From Myxococcota bacterium (GTDB taxonomy: Bacteria; Myxococcota_A; UBA796), in assembly GCA_047621685.1 (NCBI GenBank), contig JBLHNG010000004.1:1-48578 (forward strand): a DNA stretch of 48,578 nucleotides. The letters are read 5' to 3'. Shown here piece after piece: positions 9,465 to 19,387 of the stretch (position 1 is the stretch's first letter; each line of letters starts with the position of its first letter). Both the position numbers and the translations under genes were made by a program. The notes beneath the pieces are model-generated. The model made no database searches. It saw only the letters and a program-made list of their open reading frames with translations, and was not told where the DNA came from.

Positions 9465-10582
9465 TCCTCTGGCTGCTGATCGCCTGCGATCCCGAGCCCG
9501 ACCCGCTCTCCACCGCCACCGCGCCCTGGCCCCAGGACCCCGATGCGCTGCTCCCGATCTGCGACAGCCAGCCGTTTGAGGAGCTGGCGGTGACCTGCCG
9601 GGTTCAGGCAGCGTCGTTCTTCGGACTCCGCGGTCAGCCCCAGCGTGCTGCCGAGGTCTGCGCGATGATCCCGGAGGGCATCTGGCGAGACGAGTGCCAC
9701 TTTCGGGCCGGAGAGGAGCTGGGCCGTGCCGGATACACCATCCCTGGCCTCACCCACTGTGCCCAGGCTGGTCGGTTCGCCCGCAACTGCATCACCCACG
9801 CCGCCTGGCGCCTCCCCCGGGAGCCTGACCTCGCACCGGAAGAGGGCGCGGAGATCATCGGCGCCGCCTGGAGTGAGCTGTCCGTGCAGGTCACCGCAGT
9901 GCTGGAGGGAATCGGAGACGGACTGGAGGGCGAGGGGCTCGATCTCGTGCAGGCCCGGTTCGCCTACAACGTCTACGTCGGCAGCGGGCAGACCGACCCG
10001 GCCGCCGCACACCTCCCCCATCCCCTCGGCGGCGCCCTTCGCACCGGCATGGCGATCGAGGTGGTGCGGCTGATGGAGGCCGCTGGACAGCCAGCCACCG
10101 TGGCGGGCATCGTCGACATCTACACCGGCGCCGCCCCCCCGATGACCGGCGCCCCGGTGACCGATCGCGAGCACCTCGGCCGCTACCACACCCCGATCCT
10201 CTCCCCCCACGAGGCCGGGCAGCCTCACCTCCCGGTCTACGGCGGCGGGCTGCGCCTCGCGAGCCTCACAGCGAACACCGACATGGTCCTCGCCGCCCTG
10301 GAGGCCCTCTACTGGCTGCCACACACCCCGGCGGACACCTTCCAGCCCTGGCTTGAGAGCCCAGAGCCAGACATCCGCCGCACCGCCGCGAAGCTGATGC
10401 GGCTGTGTGTTGGTCAGGGCTTCGACATCGAGGAAGCCCTGAACGCCCTCGCCACGGAGCATCCAGACGAGGGTGTGCAGTGGCACGCGAAGGATGGGCT
10501 GGAGCGCCGGTCGTTTGAGGAGCGCGGTGCTGCCCCGCCGCCGCCGGGAGTTCCACTCGGACCGCCGCCCGATCGACCCTGA
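9461..10582 (+). CDS. Lipoprotein with Cys-pair repeats and C-terminal HEAT-like helices
   Basis: GTGA overlap with previous stop; MILWLLIAC lipobox; CDSQPFEELAVTC, CAMIPEGIWRDEC, CAQAGRFARNC; SPEPDIRRTAA and HPDEGVQWHA HEAT-like segments. Confidence 0.7.
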   Translation: MILWLLIACDPEPDPLSTATAPWPQDPDALLPICDSQPFEELAVTCRVQAASFFGLRGQPQRAAEVCAMIPEGIWRDECHFRAGEELGRAGYTIPGLTHCAQAGRFARNCITHAAWRLPREPDLAPEEGAEIIGAAWSELSVQVTAVLEGIGDGLEGEGLDLVQARFAYNVYVGSGQTDPAAAHLPHPLGGALRTGMAIEVVRLMEAAGQPATVAGIVDIYTGAAPPMTGAPVTDREHLGRYHTPILSPHEAGQPHLPVYGGGLRLASLTANTDMVLAALEALYWLPHTPADTFQPWLESPEPDIRRTAAKLMRLCVGQGFDIEEALNALATEHPDEGVQWHAKDGLERRSFEERGAAPPPPGVPLGPPPDRP

Positions 10583-10616
10583 CAGGCCAGTTCTTCCCGT
10601 CTGTCTGACTGAATCG

Positions 10617-10630
10617 TGTACTCAAGTACA
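10617..10630. promoter_or_regulatory. Candidate operator palindrome upstream of the type III PKS operon
   Basis: TGTACT-CA-AGTACA perfect inverted repeat in an AT-richer intergenic stretch. Confidence 0.4.
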
Positions 10631-10701
10631 GGCTGACAATCAGGTGAATTAAGTGCGGTTAAGAGTCGCCGTAGGCCCGACAGGCGGGTATCCCCCCGCA
10701 C

Positions 10702-11763
10702 ATGCAGATCCTCTCGGTGGGCACCGCACAGCCCCCGCACTACTACGATCAAGAGACCCTGCTCGCTGCGTTCTCGCGGGCATGGTCTCTCAAGCACCAC
10801 AATCCCCGACGGGTCGAGCAGCTCCACCGGGCTGTGATGGTCGGCGGACGCCACCTCGCCCTGCCGATGGAGCGCTATGAGTCGCTGTCTGGCTTCGGCG
10901 AGTCCAACCGCGCGTTCATCGAGGTCGGCACCGAGGTCGGCGCGAAGGCCATCGAGGATGCCCTCGCCCAGGCTGGACTCAAGCCGACGGATGTGGACGC
11001 CATCTTCTTCGCCTCGGTCACCGGCATCTCCGCGCCGTCCATCGACGCGCGGCTGGTCAACCGGCTCGGCTTCCGCAGCGACATCAAGCGCGTCCCGATC
11101 TTCGGACTCGGCTGCGTGGCCGGAGCCGCTGGGACCGCGCGACTCTACGACTACCTGCGCGCCTGGCCTGACCACGTCGCGGTGCTGCTCACCGTCGAGC
11201 TGTGCTCCCTGACGCTGCAGATCAAGGATCTCTCCATCCCCAACCTCATCGCCTCCGGCTTGTTCGGAGACGGTGCCGCCGCAGTCCTCGCCACCGGCAG
11301 CGAGCGGGCAAAGACCCTTCCCGCGAAGGGCCCGAAGGTCACCGCCACCAAGAGCCGGTTCTACCCAGACACCGAGGGCGTCATGGGCTGGGACATCTCC
11401 GAGTCCGGCTTCGGCATTGTGCTGACCGCCGAGGTGCCAGCGATGGTCGAGCGGCATGTCCGCCAGGATGTCGACGGCTTCCTCTCCGAGCACGACCTCA
11501 CCCGCGACGACATCGGCTGCTGGGTCTGCCACACCGGCGGCCCCAGGGTGCTCACCGCCTTCCAGACTGCCCTTGAGATCGACCGCGAGGCCCTGGCGCT
11601 GACCTGGGCCTCACTGCAAGAGGTCGGAAACCTCTCCAGCGCCTCGGTGCTCTACGTCCTGCGAGACACCATCGAGCAGCGCAAGCCCCCCGAGGGCACC
11701 CCGGGCATGATGCTGGCGATGGGACCGGGCTTCTGCTCAGAGCTTGTCTTGATGGAGTGGTGA
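10702..11763 (+). CDS. Type III polyketide synthase (SrsA/FtpA-like)
   Basis: Catalytic triad GLGCVAG, CHTGG, GNLSSAS; LFGDGAAA; AMGPGF. Confidence 0.95.
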   Translation: MQILSVGTAQPPHYYDQETLLAAFSRAWSLKHHNPRRVEQLHRAVMVGGRHLALPMERYESLSGFGESNRAFIEVGTEVGAKAIEDALAQAGLKPTDVDAIFFASVTGISAPSIDARLVNRLGFRSDIKRVPIFGLGCVAGAAGTARLYDYLRAWPDHVAVLLTVELCSLTLQIKDLSIPNLIASGLFGDGAAAVLATGSERAKTLPAKGPKVTATKSRFYPDTEGVMGWDISESGFGIVLTAEVPAMVERHVRQDVDGFLSEHDLTRDDIGCWVCHTGGPRVLTAFQTALEIDREALALTWASLQEVGNLSSASVLYVLRDTIEQRKPPEGTPGMMLAMGPGFCSELVLMEW

Positions 11764-11781
11764 CATGGGCTCCAGTTTCCA

Positions 11782-12330
11782 ATGAGCAGCGCGCTTCTCT
11801 ACACCCTGTTCATGGGCGCCACCGCGCTGGAGCGCCTGTTCGAGATGTTCGTCTCCCGGCGCAACGCGGCGTGGAGCTTCGCGAAGGGCGGCACGGAGCA
11901 TGGCAAGGGCCACTTCCCGGCGATGGTCCTGCTGCACACCGGCTTCCTGTTCGCCTGTCCCGCAGAGGTCTGGCTGCTGGACCGGCCGTTCATTCCGGAG
12001 CTGGGCTGGCCGCTGCTCGCGCTGGCCCTCGCCGCACAGGGGCTGCGGTGGTGGTGCATCACGACGCTCGGCCCCCGCTGGAACACCCGGGTCATCATCG
12101 TTCCAGGTCTCCCCCGGATCACTGGCGGTCCCTACCGCTTCATCCGACATCCCAACTACGTCGCAGTGGTCAGCGAGGGGCTCATCCTGCCGCTGATCCA
12201 CTCCGCCTGGATCACCGCCATCACGTTCACCGTGCTCAACGCCTGGCTGCTCTCGGTGCGAATCCGCTGCGAGAACCAGGCGCTGTCCGAGCTGGTGGAC
12301 GGCTCAAACGCCGGAGGGCAGCATGCCTGA
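11782..12330 (+). CDS. Isoprenylcysteine carboxyl methyltransferase family membrane protein (SrsB/BpsB-like)
   Basis: LRWWCITTLGPRWNTRV, GPYRFIRHPNY, RIRCEN; directly after the type III PKS. Confidence 0.92.
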   Translation: MSSALLYTLFMGATALERLFEMFVSRRNAAWSFAKGGTEHGKGHFPAMVLLHTGFLFACPAEVWLLDRPFIPELGWPLLALALAAQGLRWWCITTLGPRWNTRVIIVPGLPRITGGPYRFIRHPNYVAVVSEGLILPLIHSAWITAITFTVLNAWLLSVRIRCENQALSELVDGSNAGGQHA

Positions 12331-12562
12331 CCACAGCGCCCTGCGCGCCGAGATTGTCTCGCTGATCACCGAGGAGCTTCGGCTGCCAGACGGAGTGCCC
12401 GACGGCGACCTCGCCGAGGCCCTGGACTCCGTACAGCGCCTGTCCCTGGTGGTTGCCATTGAGGACCACTACGAGATCGCGTTCGATGAAGAAGACGACG
12501 CCTCAGTGACCACGCTCGACGACGTGGTCCGCCTCGTCGCGGCCCGACTGGCGACCCGATGA
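12323..12562 (+). CDS. Acyl carrier protein
   Basis: 79 aa, acidic; LDSVQRLSLVVAIEDHY phosphopantetheine Ser motif; overlaps both neighbours. Confidence 0.9.
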   Translation: MPDHSALRAEIVSLITEELRLPDGVPDGDLAEALDSVQRLSLVVAIEDHYEIAFDEEDDASVTTLDDVVRLVAARLATR

Positions 12563-14274
12563 AGCTGTGGACCCTGCCGGCTCACCTGGAGAACGCCGCA
12601 ACCATCGGTGCGGCCCGGGACGCTCTGACCTTCATCGACCGCAGAGAGCGGGAGACCGCGATCCACTGGCGTGAGGTCTACGCCCGTGCCCGCCGAGCTG
12701 CGGGTGCCCTGGCGGAGCTGGGGGTGAGGCGCGGCGACCGGGTCGCGATCATCCTGCCGACCTGCCCGGAGTTCATCGACGCCCTGTTCGGACTCCAGCT
12801 CCTCGGCGCCACCCCCGTCCCGCTCTACCCCCCGGTTCGGCTCGGGCGGCTGGTCGAGTACTACGACAAGACCGCCGCGATGCTCAAGGCGGTCTCCGCC
12901 GTCGGGATCATCACCACTGGCCGGGTCCGTCGGGTGATGGGGCAGGTCATCGCCCGCTACCGCCCGCCGCTGGGTCTCATCGAGGCCACCGAGCTGCACA
13001 GCGGACCAGACACCGATCCCGCAGACGTCTCCCCCGACGATCTCGCGATGGTGCAGTTCTCTTCAGGCACCACCGTCGCGCCCAAGCCCGTCGCCCTGAC
13101 CCACCGCCAGGTGCTCTCCAACGCCGACGCGATCATCGACTTCATCCCCATTGAGAGCGGCATTCCGCAGGGCGGGGCGTGCTGGCTGCCGCTGTACCAC
13201 GACATGGGGCTCATCGGCTGCGTGTACGTCGCTGTGGCCTCTCCCGGCCCCCTGGCGCTGATCTCCCCGGAGGTCTTCCTCTCCAAGCCCGCTCTGTGGC
13301 TGCGGGCCATCTCCCGGCACCGGGTGACCTGCTCCCCAGCCCCCAACTTCGCCTACGCCCTGTGTGCTGAGCGCATCCGGGACGACGAGATGGAGGGGGT
13401 GGACCTCTCCTGCTGGACGCTCGCGCTGAACGGTGCGGAGCCCGTCGCCCCGGCCAGTCTCCGTCAGTTCACCGAGCGGTTCGGGAAGTGGGGCCTGCCA
13501 GAGACCGCGCTCACCCCGGTCTATGGGCTCGCCGAGGCCTCCCTGGCGGTGACCTTCTCCGACCCCACCCGCCCGTTCTCCTCCCGCCGCATCGACCGGG
13601 AGGCGCTGCTGGAAGGTCGGGTCGTGCCCAGCGAGGACGGCATCGAGGCGGTCAGCGTCGGGACTCCGCTGCGGGGCTTCTCCGTCGAGATCCGCGACGA
13701 GGCTGGCGCGGTGCTCCCCGAGCAGACCATCGGCCACATCTGGGCGAAGGGGCCGAGCATCATGGTCGGCTACCTCGACCGGGACGACACCCCGATCGTC
13801 GACGGCTGGCTGGACACCGGTGACCTCGGCTACCTCCTCGACGGCGAGCTGTACATCTCCGGTCGGGCCAAGGACGTCATCATCCTTCGCGGCCAGAACC
13901 ACACCCCCCAGGACATCGAGCAGTCCATCGACGACGTCGACGGGATCCGGGTCGGCTGCGCGGCGGCAGTGGGAGATGTCGGCGAGGACGGCGAGCGGCT
14001 GGTGCTGTTCGTCGAGTTCCGGGAGGCCCGAGAGGGTCTGGCGGAGGACTGCCGGAAGATGGTGCTCAGCAGGACCGGCTTGAACCCGGAGCTGGTGGTC
14101 GTCGTCGCGCCGGGCACGCTCCCGCGGACCAGCAGCGGAAAGATCCGCCGTGCGGAGGCCCTGCGGCAGTGGAAAGTTGGCGATCTCAAGCCGCCGGATA
14201 AGGTCACCCCCTGGCTGCTCGCTGGTGCCATGGCCAGCAGCGCGCTGGGATACCTCAAGAGCCGCCGGGGCTGA
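12559..14274 (+). CDS. Fatty acyl-AMP ligase
   Basis: QFSSGTT, WLPLYHDMGLIG, APNFAY, NGAEP, YGLAE, TGDLG, LPRTSSGKIRR; adjacent ACP. Confidence 0.92.
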   Translation: MKLWTLPAHLENAATIGAARDALTFIDRRERETAIHWREVYARARRAAGALAELGVRRGDRVAIILPTCPEFIDALFGLQLLGATPVPLYPPVRLGRLVEYYDKTAAMLKAVSAVGIITTGRVRRVMGQVIARYRPPLGLIEATELHSGPDTDPADVSPDDLAMVQFSSGTTVAPKPVALTHRQVLSNADAIIDFIPIESGIPQGGACWLPLYHDMGLIGCVYVAVASPGPLALISPEVFLSKPALWLRAISRHRVTCSPAPNFAYALCAERIRDDEMEGVDLSCWTLALNGAEPVAPASLRQFTERFGKWGLPETALTPVYGLAEASLAVTFSDPTRPFSSRRIDREALLEGRVVPSEDGIEAVSVGTPLRGFSVEIRDEAGAVLPEQTIGHIWAKGPSIMVGYLDRDDTPIVDGWLDTGDLGYLLDGELYISGRAKDVIILRGQNHTPQDIEQSIDDVDGIRVGCAAAVGDVGEDGERLVLFVEFREAREGLAEDCRKMVLSRTGLNPELVVVVAPGTLPRTSSGKIRRAEALRQWKVGDLKPPDKVTPWLLAGAMASSALGYLKSRRG

Positions 14275-14286
14275 GGATCCGCGACC

Positions 14287-15330
14287 ATGCACGACCTGAT
14301 CATCGCCGGAGGCGGCCCCGCCGGGCTCTCGGCAGCAATCATGGCGGCACAGCGCGGCCTGGATGCAGTGATCGTCGAGCCCCGTCCCGGGGTCATCGAC
14401 AAGGCGTGCGGTGAGGGCCTGATGCCTGGCGCGGTCACCGAGCTGGCCGCCCTCGGGGTCACCCCGGCGATGAGCCACCCGTTCGTCGGCATCCGCTACA
14501 TCTCCGAGGGTCGCACCGCAGAAGGGCGTTTTCCGCAGGGACCGGGTCTCGGGGTGCGACGGACGGTGCTACATGAGGCACTGACCGCCCGTGCCGACGC
14601 GCTCGGAATCCGACGCATCCAGGGGCGGGTCAGCGACATCAAGCAGCACGATGACCGGGTGGAGGCCGCCGGGCTCACCGCACGCTGGCTGCTGGCCGCC
14701 GACGGGCTCTACTCCCCCACCCGCTCCGCCCTCTCCCTGGAGCGCCCCGCAAAGCGCCGCCCCCGGCTCGGCCTGCGTCGCCACTACGCCGTCGCGCCCT
14801 GGTCGGACTTTGTGGAGGTCCACTGGTCGGGCGAGGCTGAGGCCTATGTCACCCCGGTCGGCCCACAGCTCGTCGGGGTCGCGATCCTGTTCGCCGGCGA
14901 TCCTCTCCCTGAAGGGCGCGGCTCCCGGGATCGCTATGAGCGCCTGCTCGCCGGCTTCCCCGATCTCGCACAGCGCCTCAGCCAGCCCTGCACTGCGGTC
15001 CGTGGAAGCGGTCCGTTTGAGCGTCAACTCAGCGGGCGGCGGGTGGGACGGGTCCTGCTCATCGGAGACGCCGCTGGCTACCTCGATCCGATCACCGGCG
15101 AGGGCATTCACCTGGGACTCGCCAGCGCCGGTGTGGCGCTCGACTGCATCACCGCCGGACGCCCGCAGGACTACGACCGTCAGTGGTGGCTGCACACCCG
15201 TCGCTACTGGTGGCTGACCCTCGGGCTTCTCCAGGTTCGGGATCGCCCCGCGCTCCGTCGCCTGATGGTGCCCTTCCTCCGCACTGTTCCCGGCGCGTTT
15301 TCTCGCATCGTTGGCCTGCTCGCTGGCTGA
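14287..15330 (+). CDS. FAD-dependent oxidoreductase/monooxygenase (SrsC-like)
   Basis: DLIIAGGGPAG, DKACGEGLMP, AADG, IGDAAGYLDPITGEGI. Confidence 0.88.
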   Translation: MHDLIIAGGGPAGLSAAIMAAQRGLDAVIVEPRPGVIDKACGEGLMPGAVTELAALGVTPAMSHPFVGIRYISEGRTAEGRFPQGPGLGVRRTVLHEALTARADALGIRRIQGRVSDIKQHDDRVEAAGLTARWLLAADGLYSPTRSALSLERPAKRRPRLGLRRHYAVAPWSDFVEVHWSGEAEAYVTPVGPQLVGVAILFAGDPLPEGRGSRDRYERLLAGFPDLAQRLSQPCTAVRGSGPFERQLSGRRVGRVLLIGDAAGYLDPITGEGIHLGLASAGVALDCITAGRPQDYDRQWWLHTRRYWWLTLGLLQVRDRPALRRLMVPFLRTVPGAFSRIVGLLAG

Positions 15331-15381
15331 TGCCGACGCGGCTGTGAGAGGATACTCGACGACCTCACCCCGGAGCCTCCC

Positions 15382-16185
15382 GTGATCGAGTCCCTCTCCA
15401 ACCCGGACACCTGGGCCGCGCTGCTGGCGCTGACCTCGCTTGAGATCGTTCTCGGCATCGACAACATCGTCTTCATCGCCATCCTCTCCGACCGACTGCC
15501 GAAGGAGCAGCAGGGGGTGGCCTACAAGCTGGGGCTGTCCGCGGCGCTGGTCACCCGGCTGATGCTGCTGTTCGCCATCTCCTGGGTGATGGGCCTGACC
15601 GAGCCGATGTTCACGCTGATGGACCACGGCTTCTCCGGCCGCGACCTCATCCTGCTCGGTGGTGGTTTGTTCCTCATCGGCAAGGCCTCCCATGAGATCT
15701 TCGAGAAGGTCGAGGGCCACGAAGAGGAGCATGAGAGCGGCAGCGGCGGACCGACCGGAGCGAGCCTGGTGAGCACCGTCGTCCAGATCATGCTGCTGGA
15801 CATCGTCTTCTCCCTCGACTCAGTGATCACTGCGGTCGGCATGGCCGAGGAGCTGTGGATCATGGTCACCGCCATGGTCATCGCGGTGGGCATCATGCTG
15901 GTGTCCGCACAGGCCATCGGCAACTTCGTCAACGACCACCCCTCGATGAAGGTCCTCGCGCTGTCGTTTCTGATGCTGGTCGGCGTGCTGCTGACCGCCG
16001 AGGGCATGGGGCAGCACATTGAGAAGGGCTACATCTACTTCGCGATGTCGTTCTCGTTCATCGTCGAGCTGGTCAACATGCGGGTCCGTGGCCCCTCGAA
16101 GAAGAAGGTCGAGGCCCTCGAAGAGTCCGACCTGGAGCACCCCGACAACGACGACGCCGACAGTGCCGACGGGAGCGCCCAATGA
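15382..16185 (+). CDS. TerC family integral membrane protein
   Basis: LEIVLGIDNIVFI, GRDLILLGGGLFL, DIVFSLDSVITAVG, KGYIYFAM. Confidence 0.93.
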   Translation: MIESLSNPDTWAALLALTSLEIVLGIDNIVFIAILSDRLPKEQQGVAYKLGLSAALVTRLMLLFAISWVMGLTEPMFTLMDHGFSGRDLILLGGGLFLIGKASHEIFEKVEGHEEEHESGSGGPTGASLVSTVVQIMLLDIVFSLDSVITAVGMAEELWIMVTAMVIAVGIMLVSAQAIGNFVNDHPSMKVLALSFLMLVGVLLTAEGMGQHIEKGYIYFAMSFSFIVELVNMRVRGPSKKKVEALEESDLEHPDNDDADSADGSAQ

Positions 16186-17027
16186 GCAGCCAGATCTTTC
16201 GCAGCGACCTCCTGACCGGACAGGTCGCCCTCATCACCGGCGGGGGCACCGGCATCGGTGCCTACATTGCCGCGGAGCTGGGTCGCCTGGGCGCCACCAT
16301 CGTCATCGCCTCTCGCAAGGCCGATCGCATCGCAGCATCGGCGGAGAAGCTCTCTGGACTGCTCGGCGCGGAGGTCACCGGGATCGCCTGTGACATCCGC
16401 GATCGGGACTCCACCGCCGCCCTGGTCGCCGCAGTCATCCAGAAGCACGGCCGCATCGACCTGCTGGTGAACAACGGCGGCGGGCAGTTCATGTCCCCTG
16501 CCGAGCTGATCACCCCCCGGGGCTGGGACGCGGTCGTCGGTACCAACCTCACCGGTACCTGGAACCTCACCCGGGCGGTCGCAGATGGCTGGATGCTTGG
16601 CAACGGGGGGCGCATCGTCAACATCACCATGCTCACCCGCCGGGGCTTTCCGGGCATGGTCCACTCTGTCGCTGCCCGCAGCGGGGTCGAGGCCATGACC
16701 CGAACCCTCGCCATTGAGTGGGCGAGCTATGGCATCCAGATCAACTGCGTGCAGCCTGGAGTCATCGCCTCTGGTGGACTGCGAAACTACCCCGACGGTG
16801 AGAACCTCGCCCGCTCGATCCAGGCCGAGATCCCGATGAAGCGCCTGGGAACCTGTAACGAAGTGGCCTGGATGGTCGCCTTCCTCGCCAGCCCGGCGGG
16901 TGGCTACATCACCGGGCAGGTCATGACGGTTGATGGTGGGCGAGAGCTGTGGGGCAACACCTGGCCGGTATCGGAGCCCGCGGAGCTTCCCGAGGTTGAT
17001 CTGGGGAGCCTTCCCTGGGAGGAGTAA
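16182..17027 (+). CDS. SDR oxidoreductase, trans-2-enoyl/2,4-dienoyl-CoA reductase-like
   Basis: TGGGTGIG, NNGGGQF, HSVAARSG in place of YxxxK, YITGQVMTVDGG; ATGA overlap with terC. Confidence 0.88.
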   Translation: MSSQIFRSDLLTGQVALITGGGTGIGAYIAAELGRLGATIVIASRKADRIAASAEKLSGLLGAEVTGIACDIRDRDSTAALVAAVIQKHGRIDLLVNNGGGQFMSPAELITPRGWDAVVGTNLTGTWNLTRAVADGWMLGNGGRIVNITMLTRRGFPGMVHSVAARSGVEAMTRTLAIEWASYGIQINCVQPGVIASGGLRNYPDGENLARSIQAEIPMKRLGTCNEVAWMVAFLASPAGGYITGQVMTVDGGRELWGNTWPVSEPAELPEVDLGSLPWEE

Positions 17028-17271
17028 TCGGTGTCGGGTTGGGGCGGGCACTCCCGGAGGGGAGCGAAAAGCAAGAAGTGCTGCCCCGTCTCCATCCCCC
17101 GGCTGAAGGGCACCCCCGGCGCTGATCGCTGTGGGTCCCCTCCGCGGTCGCAACTCCGGTCCGTGAGTGCCGGCTCCAGCCGTCTCCGTTTCACTCCGCC
17201 TCCCAGCGGTTCCGCCTCTCACTCCCTGTCGGCGTCCCTGTTCTGCGACTCCCAACGTCCCTGGTCGGCCC

Positions 17272-18363
17272 TCAATACGGCATCGGCGAGCCGTCCCGAA
17301 AGACCGCCATCCAGGCAACATCGTCCGCCAACACCACCGCGATTCGATCCGCATCGCCATAGTCCCCTCCCCGCCGGGAGCGGACCACCCGCGCTCGGCC
17401 CTCCAGCAGCACCGCCCCGGAGCACTGTGCGAGGGAGACCGCCTCGCTGAGATCGGCGTCGGAGCGATCGGCGGCCCCCCGGGCGAGCAGGAGGTGGGCG
17501 AGCAGGAGGGGGAGCTGGCGCTCTCGGGCGAATTCGATCGGGCGGTGGACTCCGGCGGACAGCACCGCTTGACCGGCGGACAGGGCGGCTCGGATGAGAC
17601 CGGCCTCGGAGCGGTACAGCCCGGCGCGGCGACCGGCGGCGGTCCACAGCTTCCCGGCGTGGGTGTAGTGGGCGGCAGCCTGGTCGGGATCTCCGGCAAA
17701 CAGCGCGACCTCGGCCCGACTCATGATCGCGGCAGCGGCGGCCCCGGGGTGCTCAGCCATGGCCTCAGCCGCAGCGGCATAGCGAGCATCAGCTCCGGTC
17801 AGGTCTCCGGCCATGCGCAGCCGGGTGCCCTGGCGAAACCACACTGCGGCCTGCATGGGCTTGGGGGCGATCTGGGCGAGGGTCTTGAGGTGGGTGTGGG
17901 CCTCGTCGAGCTGGCCGAGGGCGTGCAGGGTGCCGATGAGGGTGTCCAGCGCCACTGCCTGATGGAGCGGGCTTATCGACCGCGCCAGTCCCTCCCGGGC
18001 GATGTCCGCAGCGATGTCGAGCTGTCCGGCCTGCTGGAGCACCCCGGCGAGTCGCACCCGCAGCATGCCGGACTTCGCGCCTTCTGGATCCACCTGGATC
18101 GCAGCAGTGAGGGTCTTCGCTGCGGCAGCCGGTCGGTCCGCTCGGCGAAGGGCGTCTCCAGCCGCAGAGAGGGACTGCTGCCGGGCGGGGACGGACAGCC
18201 CCGGGAGGTCAGCGATGTCCGCATAGGCCACCGCCGCCTCGGACCAGCGACCTGCCACGACCAGCGCATGGGCTGCCTGGACCGCCGCGTAAAGATCGGC
18301 CTCAGAAGCGACCGGCAACGCCGAGGTGTCCAAGCCCGATGACCGGGCGGACCGGGGCATCAA
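17272..18363 (-). CDS. TPR-like helical repeat protein
   Basis: Ala/Leu-rich repeats (AGRWSEAAVAY, AGQLDIAA, LGQLDEAH, AGDLTGADARY, AGDPDQAAAHY); start position uncertain. Confidence 0.65.
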   Translation of the reverse strand: MMPRSARSSGLDTSALPVASEADLYAAVQAAHALVVAGRWSEAAVAYADIADLPGLSVPARQQSLSAAGDALRRADRPAAAAKTLTAAIQVDPEGAKSGMLRVRLAGVLQQAGQLDIAADIAREGLARSISPLHQAVALDTLIGTLHALGQLDEAHTHLKTLAQIAPKPMQAAVWFRQGTRLRMAGDLTGADARYAAAAEAMAEHPGAAAAAIMSRAEVALFAGDPDQAAAHYTHAGKLWTAAGRRAGLYRSEAGLIRAALSAGQAVLSAGVHRPIEFARERQLPLLLAHLLLARGAADRSDADLSEAVSLAQCSGAVLLEGRARVVRSRRGGDYGDADRIAVVLADDVAWMAVFRDGSPMPY

Positions 18364-19387
18364 TGAGGAACGACGAGCCGGCCAGCGCCAGCCCCCCTGC
18401 AGTCAGGCCGATGGTGAGGATGCGGCTGGTGTTGAACCGGGTGGTGAGGTCGCTCGCTTCCGCCCGGGTCACGGTGTACGGGTCGTCGTTCGCTGCGGTG
18501 ATCTCGGCATAGGCCGGGTTGACCATGGCAAAGTTGACCACCAGACCGCCCGCCACCAGCGCCCCGCCCGAGGCGAGCATGTACGTCCCGAGGCCCGGAC
18601 CGCTGCGGCTGTTGCCCGGATCGGTGATGGCTGGATCGGTGACGGCTGGGTCGGTGACGGCTGGGTCGGTGACGGCTGAGGTCGGATCGACCTCAGCGAC
18701 CGGGTCGGTCTCCTCGACCGGATCCGAGTCGCCAAACGACGGGCCGAATTCCGACCACTCGTCCTCTTCTGCCACCGCAACCACCACTGAGGTGTCCACG
18801 CCATCCGGGCACAGCGCGAACCAGTCGACGGGCTTTGCGAAGTCCGTGACCACGCTGAAGGTGCCCTGCTCGTCGGGGCAGGCGATCTGTGCGAGGTGGG
18901 TGCCGCGGATCACGCTCTCTTCGGGACCGTGCTGCTCCCCGTCGACATAGAGCACTGCTGCCCCAACCTTCTCGGGCACTCCGGTCTCCAGGTAGCCCCG
19001 ACCCTCGACCTCGCCGCGCAGCGCCTCGAACAGGCTGATGAGATCGGAGTCGCCCATGAGATCGGCGTCCCAGGCAAAGTCGTTTCTCACGGTGAGGGCC
19101 TGACGCCAGGCGTCCTCAGCGCGGCCCTTCTTGTTGCCGGTGCCAAACTCCGCAGTGCCCTTGTAGAACCACACCCGGGCCAGCGAGCGGTTGCTGACGA
19201 GCGAATCGGATTCGTCGAGAGACTTCTCGATGAGCTTGAGGGACTTCAGCGCCTCTTTGTGCTCACCAGACGTGATCTGTGCGCGGACCGTGGTGAGGTC
19301 TTCGTCCAGGTTTCCGGCCTCAGCCGACAACGGCACCAGCAGCGCAAGGGCGGCAATGAGCCTCCCTACTCGCAGTCGCTCTCCCAT
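18302..19387 (-). CDS. Exported protein with TPR-like N-terminus and C-terminal hydrophobic segments
   Basis: Signal peptide ending LSAEA; helical repeat region; LYVDG beta segment (PEGA-like); acidic linker; hydrophobic C-terminus; overlaps kinase stop. Confidence 0.75.
   Translation of the reverse strand: MGERLRVGRLIAALALLVPLSAEAGNLDEDLTTVRAQITSGEHKEALKSLKLIEKSLDESDSLVSNRSLARVWFYKGTAEFGTGNKKGRAEDAWRQALTVRNDFAWDADLMGDSDLISLFEALRGEVEGRGYLETGVPEKVGAAVLYVDGEQHGPEESVIRGTHLAQIACPDEQGTFSVVTDFAKPVDWFALCPDGVDTSVVVAVAEEDEWSEFGPSFGDSDPVEETDPVAEVDPTSAVTDPAVTDPAVTDPAITDPGNSRSGPGLGTYMLASGGALVAGGLVVNFAMVNPAYAEITAANDDPYTVTRAEASDLTTRFNTSRILTIGLTAGGLALAGSSFLIDAPVRPVIGLGHLGVAGRF
18618..18677. repeat. 4 x 15-bp tandem repeat encoding (A[VI]TDP)4
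   Basis: GGATCGGTGAYGGCT / GGGTCGGTGACGGCT units. Confidence 0.85.

Noticed and set aside
17041-17087. GC-rich inverted repeat between the convergent SDR and TPR genes
   Set aside because: Imperfect stem, large loop and no T tract; not enough to call a terminator or RNA gene.
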